From the NCBI RefSeq assembly GCF_964213995.1, contig NC_135804.1, forward strand, positions 44,206,001-44,270,000: a stretch of 64,000 bases of DNA, given 5' to 3'. Of the stretch, positions 38,461 through 53,184 are shown piece after piece. How positions within the stretch are numbered: position 1 is the first letter of the stretch; every line of letters starts with the position of its first letter. The DNA comes from Mustelus asterias. Lineage: Eukaryota. The notes beneath the pieces are model-generated. The model searched no databases. It was given only the letters and a program-made list of their open reading frames with translations, and was not told the DNA's origin. A program made the translations under genes and the position numbers.

Positions 38461-39120
38461 TAAATCTAGAGCCAATCTCCTCACTTCACCCAATGATTCC
38501 CGTAGAAAGATCATTCATATTAGTCAAATAAGACAACAAAATAATGTTGCCGCTGACATATGAGATGGGGATGCAAAATCCCGTCCATTTGAACATTAGC
38601 TCAATTGGTCTTTCATTGGCTCTTAGAAATTTAACAAGTCTGACTTTTGTTGTGGCTCCCTTGGATTTGAAATTGACCTTAGAGTAATGACAATGCTACA
38701 CTTAACAAACATGCCAGATCCTTCTGTTTGTCTGTTTGCAGAAAGTGTTCTCAAGTGTCAGCTGGACAGCTGATCGCTGATTCAGGAGCCTCACATGCCT
38801 GGCATGTTTGGCCTGGTGTGATTCACGTGGGGGCATTTTTTTGCATTTCAAAATCATTGAATCCCACCTCAGCAGTGCTGCCAGCGGGAACGGATAGATT
38901 TTCCCGCGAGCGGCAGCACTTAGAATTCATTTCGGGGAATCGTGGTCCCTGTTGCAGTACCACCAAAAGATGTATCAGGTAAAATCTGAACTTTTATAAT
39001 GGTTTAGGTATTAGCACCATTACAATGAGTGTGAGAGAGTTTGGAGGTGTGTTAAATATTAATAATTGGGGAACACATCTCCAAACCACTGCATATACGC
39101 CATTTTCCAACAGTGTTGCA

Positions 39121-39487
39121 GGCAACATGGTGGCACAGTGTTTAGCACGGCTGCCTCACAGCGCCAGGGACCTGGGTTCAATTCCAGTTTTGGGTGACTG
39201 TCTGTATGGAGTTTGCACATTCTCCTTATGTCTGCGTGGGTTTCCTCTGGATGCTCCTGTTTCCTCCCACAGTCCAAAGATGTGCAGGTTAGGTCAATTG
39301 GCCACGCTGAACTGTCCCTTAGTGTCCCAAGATGTGTCGGTTAGGGGGATTGGCGGGGGAAATATGTGGGGTTACAGGGATAGAGCGGGGGTTGGTGGCG
39401 GTGGGCTTGGGCAAGATGCGCTGTCAGAGAGTCGGTGCAGACTTGATGGGCCGAATGGTCTCCTTCTGTGCTGCAGGGATTCTATGG
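39121..39487 (+). mobile_element. HE1 SINE
   Basis: Boxes A/B, V-domain, CR1 tail. Confidence 0.9.
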
Positions 39488-40897
39488 GATAGGCTGTGTA
39501 TGTGTCATGGCTTGGAGAGACATTTCTAAAAATTATTTTTAAAGCAGGCTCCCACAATGTAATTGTAAACCAGATTTAAGTTTGATAGTTGCCAGCCATG
39601 CTGATTCCTCAGGGCTCACGAAATCTGACAGCAAAAAGGTTAGAGCTGCCACCTGGAACAGAATAGGGCATTTTAGGCCGCTGCAGTGGACCAGGAGGAG
39701 GAAGAGTGTTTCCCCTGGCTGATCAAAGAAGACTTTGGTTCACTATTTCAAACCCCTCACCACCTCCCCAGCAAGCCCCGATCTCCCCCTCGAAATTGCT
39801 GGACTCTGATGTCCATCCCACCAGTCACCAATTTCTTCCGATTGCCAGAGACTGCCCCCATTGACCCACTGATCTGACTGGCTGGCAGGCTGGAAGCAGA
39901 AGGAAATGATAATGCAGTCCTGCTTATAATAGGGGCTTTCTCACCTCAAGCTTTCCAATTTTCTTCATTGCCTCCCCTCCAAAACAATACAGGTCTCCCA
40001 TTCTCCCATCTTCACTCCCCAATATATTTAACTCCTTCGCCTCATGAGAAGTTTCTATATCTTTCCCATGTCCCTCTACAAAGACTGAAACAGATGATCT
40101 GGTTATTTGTTTCATTGCTGTTTTTTGGACTTTGCTACGCACAAAGTGGTTACCATGCTTCCTGTTTTCCTGTTGCTTGTTAGATTTCAACAGGTGACTT
40201 TATTGGCTGCAAGGTGTTTTTGGATGTATAAGTTGCTGTGTAAATGTAAGTTCCTTTATGTGTCTACACAGTGGATAGCAGCAGTAAGGTCCTCTGCTGT
40301 GGCAGGAGATAAGGAGCTAATTATTTGCATCATAATGAACTTCAGATCCTTTATTGCTTTATACCCTGTGTATTCCTGCACCACAATCACTATTCGACAC
40401 CTTTATCAGCTTTTTTGTTTACACTCTGATAAGTATGGATCCTTATTTAAGACGTTTTGTTAGAATATTTGAAATTCTGAATACTCCATGCGTCGTCCTG
40501 TCAATTTTATTGTCAAATATATGTTCATTGTACAGCCAACCTATTGGTAATGTACTGCAATGAATCTCAATCAAATCCCTTGAGTTACCAATAGAACATT
40601 TCATACAAAAAGAGGAATAGTTTAGATTCAAGATATGGAATATTTGAATATTAGATTTTAATGAGGATCCATTAACTATCAGATTTTTAAAAAGGCTGTT
40701 AGGTTAGGGATTTACTTACTTATTAATATTTTATTAATGCTACATTATTTATTATTAAATGTGCTTAAATTACCAGCAGTGATTAAGACTTTCTTTGTGT
40801 CTAAAGTGAGGCGATGAAATCACAAGACTAATGTCTCATGTCAAGCAAATATTTTCTCATACGGCAATAAGGGCAAATTTGCCAGTCAGGACATGTG

Positions 40898-41170
40898 TCA
40901 TAGAATATTAGAGCAGTTGCAGCACAGAAGTAGGCCATTCAACCCATCGAGTGTGTGCCAGCTCTCTGTCAGAGCAATCCAGCTAGTCCCACTCCTTAAA
41001 CCTTTCCTTGTCATCCTGCAAATGCTTTCTCTTCCAGGACTTAACGTTTTGAAAGCCTCCACCTCCACCAGCCTTCTAGGCAGTGCATTCCAGATCATAA
41101 CCACTCTCTGCAATTAGAGGTTTTTCCTCAATGCTACCTTTGGTTCTTTTGCCAATCATCTTACATCTGT
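40898..41170 (-). mobile_element. CR1 3' fragment
   Basis: QRVVMIWNALPRRLVEVEAFK plus 3' UTR. Confidence 0.75.
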
Positions 41171-41669
41171 GTAGGACTATGTAGTATCGCTAGAAGCATG
41201 CAATTACTCTCAAGTTCTAGTCTCCTTCCTTCCTTCCTTTTCCCCCATTCTTTTTTCATATTTTTGCCATTTTTGACTTTGATTTACTTTTTAAATCAAA
41301 CCTAACCAGTTTATCAGATCTGATGCCTTTTCCCCTCTAAGAGCACATTTTATTTTATTTTTTTTTATTTCCCCACTCCTGCCTTTTATATCTAGGTTAG
41401 GAAAAATTTACAAAAATCTACAATTTGTTTGAGAACAATCTAACCACAATTTGCGTGGCAAATAAAATCAAAAATCTGAATGTGAACATTTGCATTCACA
41501 AAAGATCAATCTCTGATACATCAAAATGCGTTAAGTCCAGAGTTGACTTATTGGCCTGGATTTTGGCAAAGCGGCAGTGTTTGCCGCTGATCTCAAGGAA
41601 AGCTGCTCACCAAGATCCATTGATCGATATAGTGGACTAAATCATGGGAATTTTAAAAAATTTCACAGG

Positions 41670-42088
41670 ATGAAGACATTGTTGGCTAGACCAACATTAA
41701 TTGCCCCATCCCTAACTGTCCTTGAGAATGAGGTTGCAAGTCGCCTTCTTGAACCTTTGGAGTCCATGTGGCATAAGTATGCCCATAATGCTGGGATCTT
41801 GACCCAGTGACAATGAAGGAACAGTGATATCTTTCCAAATAAGAATGTTGTGTGGCTTGGAGAGGAATTTACAGGTGGTGGTGTTCCCTTGTATTTGCTG
41901 TCCTTGTCCTTCCAGGTGGTAGAGACTGCAGGTTATAGAAGGAGCCTTGGTGAGTTGCTGCAGTGCATCTTGTGGACGATGCACACTGCTGCCACTGCGC
42001 TTCAGTGGCAGGAGTGGATGTTGAGGGTGATTGGTGGAGTGCCAATCAAGCCGGCTGCTTTGTCCTGGATGGTTTTGAACTTCTTGAC
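41670..42088 (-). mobile_element. Second CR1-group LINE family, 3' fragment
   Basis: Homologous to 44665-45185 and 30700-31085. Confidence 0.65.
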
Positions 42089-42104
42089 TTTTACAAATGA
42101 GGAT

Positions 42105-42520
42105 CTGCCATGGATGACTCAGTAATACTTTTGCCTCTGAATCAGAAATTTGTAGGTTTATGTTTCACTCCGGACTTGAGCACAAAAATCAGAATTGGCA
42201 TTCCATTTACGTATTCAGAGATTGTTGGATGTGTCATCTTTTGGATGAGGCCCCGTCTGTTCTTCCAGGTTCACTTGAAAGATCCCACAGGACTATTTTG
42301 AAGAGGAACAGAGGAGTTACTCCTGGTGTGCTGGCCAATAATGTCCCTTAATCAACACCACAGAAACAGATAATCTGGTCATTATCACATTGTTGTTTGT
42401 GGGGGAGCAATGTTGTGTGCAAGTTTGTTGCCTCTTTTCTTACATTACAACATAGATTATACTTCAAAAGTACTTTGTTGACTGTAAAACACTTTGGGGC
42501 ATTCTGTGCCCATGAATAAT
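42105..42520 (+). mobile_element. DeuSINE (SacSINE1/AmnSINE1-related), near full length
   Basis: Degenerate tRNA-like head (gcctctgaatcagaa), Deu domain (aaagatcccacaggactattttgaagagga...ggtgtgctggccaata...ctggtcattatcacattg), L2-type tail. Confidence 0.7.
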
Positions 42521-44664
42521 ATTGTAATTGGAATATAATGTTATATAATATATAATTAATTCAAATTTCAATTAGACTGTTGAATTGCAAGTTTCAAAAA
42601 GGGATATTTTATTTCAAGTAATCTGTAATTAATAACTGCAGTGTTTTACGGCATTTGTAATTTGTTAAGACTTATTTGTTCCATTGAAAGATTCCCAAGT
42701 GCCAAACATTATTCTAATGAGAATCTGGCTTTGATCAATGGATCACCAGAGCTACTCTTCACAGAGGGGCCATGGCCAACGATCTAGATCATCACTCAGC
42801 CCCTGTGGAGAAGCAGCTTCATCTCTACAAACGGCTCCTTCAATGGCTCATCTAAGATAAAAATGTAGCCATGTCGAGAATCTCTGGTATAAATCTATAT
42901 CCTGCTGCAAATCCCATTTAATTTTGTATGTGGGAACCATTTTCTCTCCTCTTCTAACTCAAGTGATTATCCACCAGATTGGTAGTATCCTTTTATCTCA
43001 ATCAGGTTGTATTATACTATTTTATCCACTCTTGATAGTTTTATTTCATCACAGGCAAAAAGATTTTGTTCTTAGCACATGGACCTATATCATTTCCAGT
43101 GTAATAACTGACTGGTGTAATTGTAGAAAATGGCTATGAAATCAGAAACATGCAAAGAAAAACATTAGGTAGGCTGCAATTAAAACTGCCACATTGTAAT
43201 GTCTCAAAGATTTTAATGATAGTGTTAATTACAATGCATTACAATGATTCAGTAAAGTATATAGCACTGGAATACCACTAATTGTAGTTTATTAAATTAA
43301 AAAAGCCTGAAATAATATAATGATGCACAGATGAAAATTAGATTTTCCTTTGTTTAGCAAAAAGAATCATAGTGCCTATAAATTAGATTGTATCTTTAAG
43401 ATCATTTAAAAATGGGGAAAAAAACTATTTAAAACACTGAAAGCATTTTAATCTTTGAACATTATTTTTAACAATTGGAGCCATATAGAGAAGTTCAGGT
43501 ATAAATCTTACCTCCTTTTTTTCTATGTGAAGGAGAAATTGACAAAATAACAATGTATTTTTTCATGTCTAGTATTTAAATGGGATGAATTTGACTTGTG
43601 CTTCATTTGATGAAAAGCAGTACTCTTATCTTCAAACATAAAATGTTACTGATTTCAATCTGAAACAAAATTTAATAAAATACATGGGACAGAAAGAATA
43701 GAAGAAAAAAAACAGGATTTTTTTTCTATGTAGCTATTAAAATGATGTTGAATTTTTTGAACAAGATATGGAATAATTGAATCTCTATTAGAGATGGGAG
43801 TAGGAGGGCTCACAACATCATGCATTTTGATTGATTAAAAATAAATTGATTTTGATTTACCTTTTTAATAGAAAATCTCTGTTGAAGGGACAGAATACCA
43901 ATATATCTGAAGACAGCACAAGTTTCAAGCTTGAATTGACCTTAATATCCTTTCAATACAAGGTGGGTCCTTGTTTACATATATCATAGATGAACAGTGT
44001 TGAAGGAGATAATGTTGGTACTCAATAATACCAATTCCAAAATACCTGATGTATTTTATGCCATGGAACTATGCATCGTGCATACTATCTGTTACTGTAA
44101 AGTTTAGGTGTTGCAACAACATAAGATATTTGATGCAATTAAATATCATAATTCAAAGTGTATTCTCATACTTGTGGTCATATCATCTCCTGGGAGAGGC
44201 TAAAATCCAGATTAACAATGTATTTGGCCAATTCAGAGTAAAATTAAAGGGAATCCCTGTTTGACCCCCTGTAAGAAATCCAAATGAATTCTATGGGATG
44301 ACATTAAATATGAGACACATATCCAACGTTTAGCCTACCTTTTGCATGTAGTTATATCAGCCACAGTAATAAATATGTCCAGCTATTTTTGCATTATTGC
44401 AATGAATCCACATTTGCCACATGAGCTGGTTCCAAGTGTAAAAAACCTTCTGTTTGAAGAAAGGCTTCCTGACAACAAACCTAGATCAATGTTTATTCAA
44501 ATACACATAACCATTTATTTTCCCTAGCTAACCCATTGAATTCAAATTGTTGTCCCATACAGATACAGACACAGTATAGTACTTCATTATTTTAAACAAA
44601 TCAGTTAAAGATTCCAAAAACATACACTGTTCTAATGTAAAATGGCCCAACATTTTAATTTTAA

Positions 44665-45680
44665 TTTATTCATTCATAGGATGTAGGCATTGCTGGCTAG
44701 GACAGCATTTATTGCCCATCCCTTGAGATCGTGGTGTTGAGCTGTCTTTCATGAACTGCTGCAGAGTAAGTGGTGTAGGAATACTCACAGTGCTGTTAGC
44801 AAGGGAGTTCCAGGATTTTAACCCAGTGACAATGAAGGGATGGTCAAGTCAGGATGGTGTATGCCTTGAAGGGTGTTCTCTTGCATCTGCTGCTCCTGTC
44901 CTAGGTGGTAGAAGTTGTGAATTTAGAAGGGGCTGTTAAATGACCTTTGGGAAGTGGCTGCAGTGCATCTTGTAGATGGAACGCATTGCTGCCACTCTGC
45001 ATCACTGGTGGAGGGAGTGGATGTTGAAAGTGGTAAATGGCGTGCCAATCAAGCTGGCTGCTTTGTCATAGATGGTGTCAAGATTCTTGAATGTTGTTGA
45101 AGCTGCACTCATCCAGACATGTGTTGAACATTTCATCACACTCCTGACTTGTGCTTTGTAGATGGTGGACAGACTTTGGGGAGTCAGACATAGTAACATA
45201 TAAAATCCTGATGGGACTGGACAGGCTAGATGCAGGAAGAATGTTCCCAATGTTGGGGAAGTCCAGAACTAGTGTTCACAGTCTAAGAATAAGGGGTAAG
45301 CCATTCAGGACTGAGATGAGGAAGAACTTCTTCACTTAGAGAGTTGAGAACCTATGGAATTCTCTACTATAGAAAGCTGTTGCGGCCAGTTCATTAGATA
45401 TGGTCAAGAGGGAGCTGGACATGGTTCTTGCGGCTAAAGGGATCAAGGGGTATGGAGAGAAAGCAGGAGTGGGATACTGAAAGTGCATGATCACCCATGA
45501 TCATATTCAATAGTGGTGCAGTCTTGAAGGGCCAAATGGCCTGTTCCTGCACCTATTTTCTATGTTTCTAATGGGTGAGTTACCCACTACAGGATTCCTA
45601 GCTTCTAACCTGCTCTTATAACCACAGTATTTATATGGCTGATTCAGTTCAGGTTCAGGTCAATGGTAACATCCAGGAAA
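44665..45680 (-). mobile_element. Second CR1-group LINE fragment interrupted by a + strand CR1 3' end (45189-45570)
   Basis: LTPQSLSTIYKAQVRSVM on the minus strand. The insert encodes YKILMGLDRLDAGRMFPMLGKSRT and ends ttctatgtttcta. Confidence 0.75.
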
Positions 45681-48600
45681 AAAAAGCTTCTAAGCATATT
45701 GTGATAGCTAAGGACTTTTAAACTAGGAATCATCCTAGTGGCTCCCCTTTCAACCTTATCCATAAAATTTATCCAAAACTGAACCAAGTATTTCAGATGC
45801 AGGTCTAACTGATGTCTTGTAAAATGATAGCATAGTTGCATAGTTCTTTTAGCTTCATACTGAATTGTTCATGCAGTTCATTCTAGTGCTCTACTTGCCT
45901 TTGCAGGAGCTTAAAGGCACTGGTCATCCACTTTTGGACACTCATGTATTATGGTGCCTAGGTCCCTTTCCCACTCAACAGACTTTAATTTTGTATCAAG
46001 CATGATCCTTGGTATTAGCTCTGTCTGCATGCACGATACTATATTTATCCATATTAAGCAACATAAGCCAGATGCTAACCCATTTCCTTCCATTACACCT
46101 GAATCAGACTGTAGCATTTTCCTACATCCGAAAAGTGATTATGCTTCAAAAGTACTTAACTGACTGCAAAACACTTTTGGTGGTCTTAAAATAATGATGG
46201 TTGTTTTATAAGGTCCCGAGCAGTAGCACAAATGACTGTGTCATCTACAAACATGCAGCCAGTACATCCAAAACCTTCATCGCGGTCACTGATGTTGATT
46301 GTTAAGATTGTCAAAGTGGTCTTATTACTCAAGCTTTGACTGCAATGAAAGTGGATGTAATATATTTTTTAAATATTGTTTTTATAGGATTTACTTTCCT
46401 TTGTAAAAGATAAAATAAAGATCCATATAAAGCGGAGGAACTACTTTACACTTGCCCACTTCCCTGTTAAAAATTGTGAAAAGAAAAAATAAAGCATGTT
46501 TCGAAGTTTAAAAGGAGAATTGATAGACATGTCAGCTATTCGTTCACTTCAAAGAATTCCACAACCAGTGAACAGAGATCTGCACATGCACTTAAACACA
46601 AATGTATGCCTGTTTATTCCCAATTCGAGAATAGTTCAGATGGGTAATATTGTTACGGTTAGCGTGGATTGATCACAAAATTGTACCAGCGTGAAGCCAG
46701 TAGTTGCAGTATAACGGCATTTGTAACATATACGGTGATACAATATTCTGACTGAATGAGCGCAGCTTAGCTCCACAGTATCAATCTTATGCTGCTTGCC
46801 CTTTTAAATAGAGTCAAGCTCTTGAAAATCGGAGGACTGGAGGTCATAAGAATAATCATAATGTGACAGTTGTGTGTGAAGTCTACTTAACAGTTTCATT
46901 ATTTAAACAAGAATGACGTAATAGGGGCTGACTTTACATGGGAACTGTATGTCCAAGGTGACATTGTTTTCCCATGGCAGGAAGAATAGATGTCAGTGGC
47001 AATCTACACACCCCAAATAAATGAGCACAGGGTGTTCTGAACAGAAGAATAAGATCACGGTATTTCAGTGGAGCTAAAATATAAATGAGGATCATGTTTG
47101 AAAGAACCATTTACTACTGGTGCTTGGCCGCTGGTTAAATATCAAACTGGCACAACGAAAGGTTTGGAACAACCAAAATAATCTCTCAAAGATACTGTAG
47201 AATAATACATTAGTGCCTGCTGGAAAATAATGGCATGATTCTGGCTGGCCGGAAATATTTCAGTGAAGCAGAGTAAGATATATTTATGTACGATGACTAC
47301 ACTTAAGCTCAACTGCAGCATCAATTGCAGCGAAGTACTGCACACATAGTTGTGAAGTAACGCAGATAGGACACAAGTAAAATATTGCACTGCAGCCCAC
47401 ATAATAAGGAAAATATAGTTTTGTGGGTACTCATGGCTTGTCACAGGCAAGTTACGAAATCCAGTTCCTTAACCTTAAATATTCAAAAGGCAGCAGCATT
47501 TTTAGACACATTTAAATGACAATTCTTTGCTCTGCCTTTCTGCACCCGAATAATGTGCTAACCCAGTTATTCTGTGAATAGATCTGCATGACTTCAAACA
47601 AGTCCTTTAGGTTTCCAAAAAACTGATTGTTTGCAGGAAAAAAGTACTAATTGCAAACTGTATTTTTTCTAATGCTTAAGTGCATATATGTAGCCCATAT
47701 AACAGAAAGTACCTTTGGACTGCTAAAGTGTGAACAACCTGGATAATAATTTCATAATAAGGATGCAAGCATTTGACTGGCAAAGTGATGTGCCAAAAAT
47801 AAATGGATATAAAAAATTCATCTGTGCCAGTAACAGGCTGTAATTGGTGCAGTCCCCACAAACTGCCACTAGATGTCTCTGGAATACAATATGAACAATT
47901 TGAACTAATGACACCCAAAGGGTAAAATTCCCCCTTTGATAGTTTTAGCACCAAACTAGATTTCCCAATTAGTAGCCTTAATTGTTTTCGCTGAAATTAT
48001 AGAAAAGGATTTTGACTTCCTAAGTGAGATACATGCTTCAAGGGTTTTGTTTTATATTTTAATTATGGCAGTAAAATCAAAGGAGGGGCTGTTAAGATCA
48101 AATAGCACTGACAATTTATTTTGGCATACAAGGCCTGATCTTGAGAGAATACAACTGTACTTAGGTATTTTTTAAACATCCAGAGAGACATGACTTTATA
48201 TGTCAAATGGAATCCTGTTGCTTGCAATATGATGGAATATATATTAAACGTTTAGATAAACAAATTAGGGAATAATTGCACTTGATATATGTCATTACTT
48301 TAGAATCACAGAATCATGGCATGGTATTGGACAAAGGAAGACCATTTGGCCCATTGTGTATGTACTGGTTCTTTGATAGAACTATCTAATTAATTCCATT
48401 CCCCATCTCTTTCCTCACTGCCCTGAAAATTATTTCCCTTCAAATGTTTAACCAACACTTTACTAAAGGCTGCGATTGAACATGTTTCCAGCATCCTTTC
48501 AGGTGTTACATTCTAGGTCACCATAACTCGCTGGTAAAAATTGTTTCCTTATGTCATCTCTGGTTCTTTTGTGAATCAGTTTAAACTTGTATTCTCTGGT

Positions 48601-49089
48601 TACTGATCTTGCTCCCTGGAAGCAGATTCTCTTTATTTACTCTTATCAAAACCACGGTTTTGATCAGCTCTGTCAGATTGTCTCTTGATCTTCACTATTC
48701 TAAAGAGAACAATGCCAGCTTCTCCAATATCTCCACATAACTGAAGTCCCTCGTCCCTGGTACAATTCCAGTAAATCTCTTGTGCACTCTCTCCAAGGCC
48801 TTGACGTCCTTCCTAAAGTGTAGTGCTTAGAAGTGAACACAAAAGTCTAACCAAGGACTTATTCGGGGTTATCATAACTCCCTTGCTTTCTATGCCTCCA
48901 TTATAAAGTCAAGGATCCTGTGTGCTTTTTCAGCAACCTTCTCAACTAGTCACATTCAAAGAACTGTATATACAAATCCCAGGTCCCCCTGAACCTCCCT
49001 TAACATTTTTATTTCATATTACCTTGCCTCATTTTGCCTATCAAAATGAATTACTGCATACTTGTCTGATTTAAATTTCTTCTTTCCTG

Positions 49090-49871
49090 TGTGATGATAC
49101 TGTGCCTTTAAGGAATTAATTTGTGCCATGTTTCTTGTGCAGGATTTGTTTAGCAGTCAGTTCTATTAACTGGTGCCACTTTTTCTCTAACCGACAATCC
49201 CTGTTGATACTGCAGAAGTATAATTGGTTCTATTTGCTTGAATGTTTGCTTTAATCTGGAGTAATGCAGTTCTGGTATTTTAGTACTTTCTCCTGGGGTT
49301 TTTCAGAGTAGGGCTTGATTAAGTTAATTGACAGGAAAAATCATGTGATTGGGTGGGATTAGGTTTACACAGAGAAATAAGCTCAGTTGCAGCTTGGAAG
49401 TGTTAGAGAGTGTCTCCCTTTCTCTCTCTCTGTTTTTGAAGACTGGGATCTGCCAGGAATAAGTCTCTTTCTCTGGAGGCTGTTGTATGGGAGTCAGAAA
49501 ACATGTATCTTTCTGTATTTGTCCAGAGGTGTCAAAAGGCTGGAAGTGTAGCACCCACATGAGCATATCTGTTTTTGTGCCAACTGATTCTGTAGAAATA
49601 TATATGTCTGTGGGGATATTGCTTAAATTGGAAATATAGTGATAGTTAGCTGTTAAGAATTATACCTTGTCATGTTTAAATATTTCAACTGATAAACGTT
49701 ATGCTAATTCTTTTTGTTATGTCTTTACTGTGATGTTAAATCATTTTTGTGTAAAAAAAGCCTCCTGGTGGGTCAATCAAATCATACTCATCCTAATGCA
49801 AAAATCAAAAAAGATTGTTGTCTAGGCAAACTTCATAATATACCTTGGAGTTTGTGATCCAGTCCCTAACA
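49090..49871. mobile_element. Probable solo LTR
   Basis: TG...CA ends (tgtgatgatactgtgcctttaag ... cagtccctaaca) and a clean interruption of the CR1. TSD imperfect (cctg/tttg). Confidence 0.5.
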
Positions 49872-50849
49872 TTTGTGTCTGCAGATTTCCTGAGTTTATG
49901 TCTCAATGCTTACTACATTCCTGAGTTTCATATCATGCAAACTTACAAATTATATCCTGCATACTCAGGTCCAGATCATTAATGTATATCATAAAAAGCA
50001 GTGGTCTTAATATGGAAGCCTGGGAAACATCATTATATAGTTCCCTTCAGTCTGAAGAATCATTGTTCATCACTCATTGTTCTCTGCTTTCTGACCCTCA
50101 ACCAGTTTTGTCTCCATGCTGCCACTGGTCTTTTAGCCCTATGGGTTTTAAGTTTTTCTGAGAAGTTTAATATCTGGTACCTTGTCAAATTTGTCTTTTG
50201 AATATCAACTGCATTATCCTCATTAATCCTCATTGTTATTTCATCAAAAACTCAATCAAATTATTTAGAAACAAGTTAGATTTTGCCTTTAGAAAAATCC
50301 ACACTGACTTTTAATTATTAGAGCATATTTTTCCAAATGCCAGTTAATATTGTTCCAGATTATTGTCTCTAAACGTTTCTCCATCACCAATGCTAAATTA
50401 TTTAGCTCGCAACTGCAAACTTTATCCTTTTGTAACTTTGTTAAATATTTGCAATCTTCTAGGCCCCATATCCAAAGAGGATTGGAAGATTTTGGCCAAT
50501 GTCTCTATGATTTCCATCCCAAATGTTCGCAGTAAATTACCACGAATCTCATTTGGACCTGGTGACATTTCTACTTTGAAGGCTGTCAATCTGTCATCCT
50601 TTTAAATATGTCCTCTTAATCTATTTTTATCCAATTTAATAGTTCAACAGCCTCCTCCTTTACTAGTAAATTGGCAGTATCCTCTTCTCTAGTCAAAACA
50701 GATGTGAAGCCCTCACATCTGCCTCTGCCTCCACAAGAAGAAGCCCATCTTTTCTTGACTACCCTTTTATGTGCTTAAAATAAACGTTTGAGTTCCCTTT
50801 TATGTTAGCCGCTAATCTATTCTCATGAGCTCTTTTTTTTCTTTTGTTC

Positions 50850-51177
50850 CATAAAATCACAGAATCCCTACACTGCGAAAGGAGGCCATTTGGCCCATCA
50901 AGCTTGCACCGACAACAATCCCAACCAGGCTCTTTCCCGTAACTCCACCTATTTAACCTACTAATCCCCCTGACACTAAGGGGCAATTTAGAATGGCCAA
51001 TCCACCTAACCTGCCCACCTTTGGAGTGTGGGAGGAATCCGGAGCACCCAGAGGAAACCCACACAAACATGGGGAGAACGTGCAAACTCCACCTAGACAG
51101 TCACCCGAGGCTGAAATTGAACCCGGATCCCTGGCACTGTGAGGCAGCAGTGCTAACCACTGTGCCACCATGCCACC
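50850..51177 (-). mobile_element. HE1 SINE
   Basis: Full-length copy. Confidence 0.9.
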
Positions 51178-52557
51178 TTTTTTTGTTTAGAACTCCTTTT
51201 TGTTTCCTGTATTCAGGTTTGTTCTCTACTTTATTAGTAACCATAATATTGTCACATGTCTCCGTTTGCTTAAGTTTTGGATGCTCTTCCTTTCCCCATC
51301 ATGTCAATGTGTTTACTCTGTACCCAAACCATCTCCTCTGGGAAGGCTTCCCATTATTCAATTAATGCTTTGCTTACCAATTTTTAATTTCAATTCATCT
51401 GGACTAGGTCCCTTTTTAACCGGCTGAATTCAGGTCCCCACAGTTAAGTATTTTTACACATCCCTGTCTCATTTCAGTGCCAGACAACCACCCCACCTCC
51501 ATTCCCAATCATGATTAGAAGCTTCCTCTCAACACAATACTGCACCCACCGCTATTTGCTGGTTGCTAAAGGACTTGAGAGATGTTTGGGAAAAAAAGGC
51601 ACCTGTGGGTGACATCTTTGAGCATGGGAAAGCATCTACATGTGTCTGGGCAGAACTAAACCTTGATCCAATGACAGGGAAAACAAGATGATTTGAAGTT
51701 TCCATCTGCTGCAGCCGTCCCCCACTCGAACAACCATTGAGATATTCCAGATGACACATCTTTCTCTGCCTGTTCAGTTCTGCTATTGAGGACTGCAGTA
51801 CTGTTTTATTGTAAAGTATAGCTCCAGTTGAGTATATTCACAGCTATTCTTTTGATAGTGCAAAGGTGCTGCCACCACTCTATACTGTCATGGGAGGGTT
51901 CCATGTCTAGCCATAAAAAGGATCCAAGGATCAAGCCAGCAGAAGGAATTAGGAGACTTCCGTGGGCCAAGGTTTTTTTTGTAGAAGCATCTAAATTGTA
52001 GAGCTTTACTTCAGAAAATACAGACTAACCAAACTGAATTCAATACCAACCTAGTTTGGACTGGATTAATGCATGGATCCCCCAGTTTAATTTCACTTGA
52101 ATCATTTGAGGTCAATTATAATTTCACCTCTCACGTCAATGCAGACGAATTTCAGGTGCACATTGGCTTGTTGGTATAACTCCCATCTGATTCCTAAGAT
52201 CACAGAAGAAGACCAGTCTAAGACTTGCAGGCATGTATATCATACTGGTTTAAGTCTGCTCAACACAAACCATGGACAAATGGAAGGAGAACAAAAATGT
52301 TTTTGTATCAATTGTACTAATGTGCTGAAGTGAAAATTTAAAATATACATGCATAAGATTGATTAAACAATTACACATGTCCCTTTTTAATTTCTTTGTT
52401 GAAAAATGCTCTTTATTTTTGTGTATCATATCACCAGTAGGTTGGAGATCTGTTCTCAAAGCTCCAGCAACACTTAAAAAGTTGTCGCTGAGAGACATGT
52501 CTGAGTGGATTTTTGAGTGCCAGTTCTCCAATTTCCTCTCCTTACTATTGAGAAAGT

Positions 52558-52693
52558 GGGCAGAATTCTCCAACCTCGTCCGCAGCTGGGATTCTCCGGT
52601 CCCACTGCAGTGATCGGAGAATTGGCTGAGCGCCAAACTCTCCATTCTCGCTGGCAGTGGCAGTGGGACGTGAACGGCCAGAGAATTCCAGCC
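52558..52693. mobile_element. MITE family M1
   Basis: TIRs gggcagaattctc / gagaattccagcc. Confidence 0.75.
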
Positions 52694-53184
52694 AATTTCT
52701 GACTTTTGCTGCAGAAATTGGAATCTCATTCAAAGAGGAGTTGTTGTTACAATTTTACTTCCTCCCACGTCATAGAATGGATTATTACGGTGTCATTTTA
52801 AATGTTAAAATAGTCATTAAGGTAATGAGTTTCTGAAACAAAATACAGCTCTGAAGATATAAAGACAGAGTTCTTTTATTTATGTATATATTAGATAATA
52901 TGGCGAGATCATAATTACACTAAACATTAATTTGGACATTGACATGTTTGATTATCAATCAGACGTAAAAAGAGAACTTGAGAAGGTTCTACAAGGGTAA
53001 GAAGTATAAGCCTTTGGATTTGTGACCAAAGAAGACCCATGTCATGCATCATTGACGAAACAAACGTGAAGAGAGTTTGAAGACAAAGAAACAGCAAAGG
53101 AAAGAGCGCTTGCACCCCACGCACAGATTTGCTAGAAAAGCATAAATGTTCTGCCATGGAAAAAATTAAATTTAAGAAACAAAG

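Larger units (their letters stand above)
48300..51470 (-). mobile_element. Old CR1 LINE split by a solo LTR and an HE1
   Basis: CR1 3' UTR at 48300-48400. ORF2 remnants resume at 49872 and after 51177 (AHENRLAANIKGNSNVYFKHIK). Confidence 0.7.
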
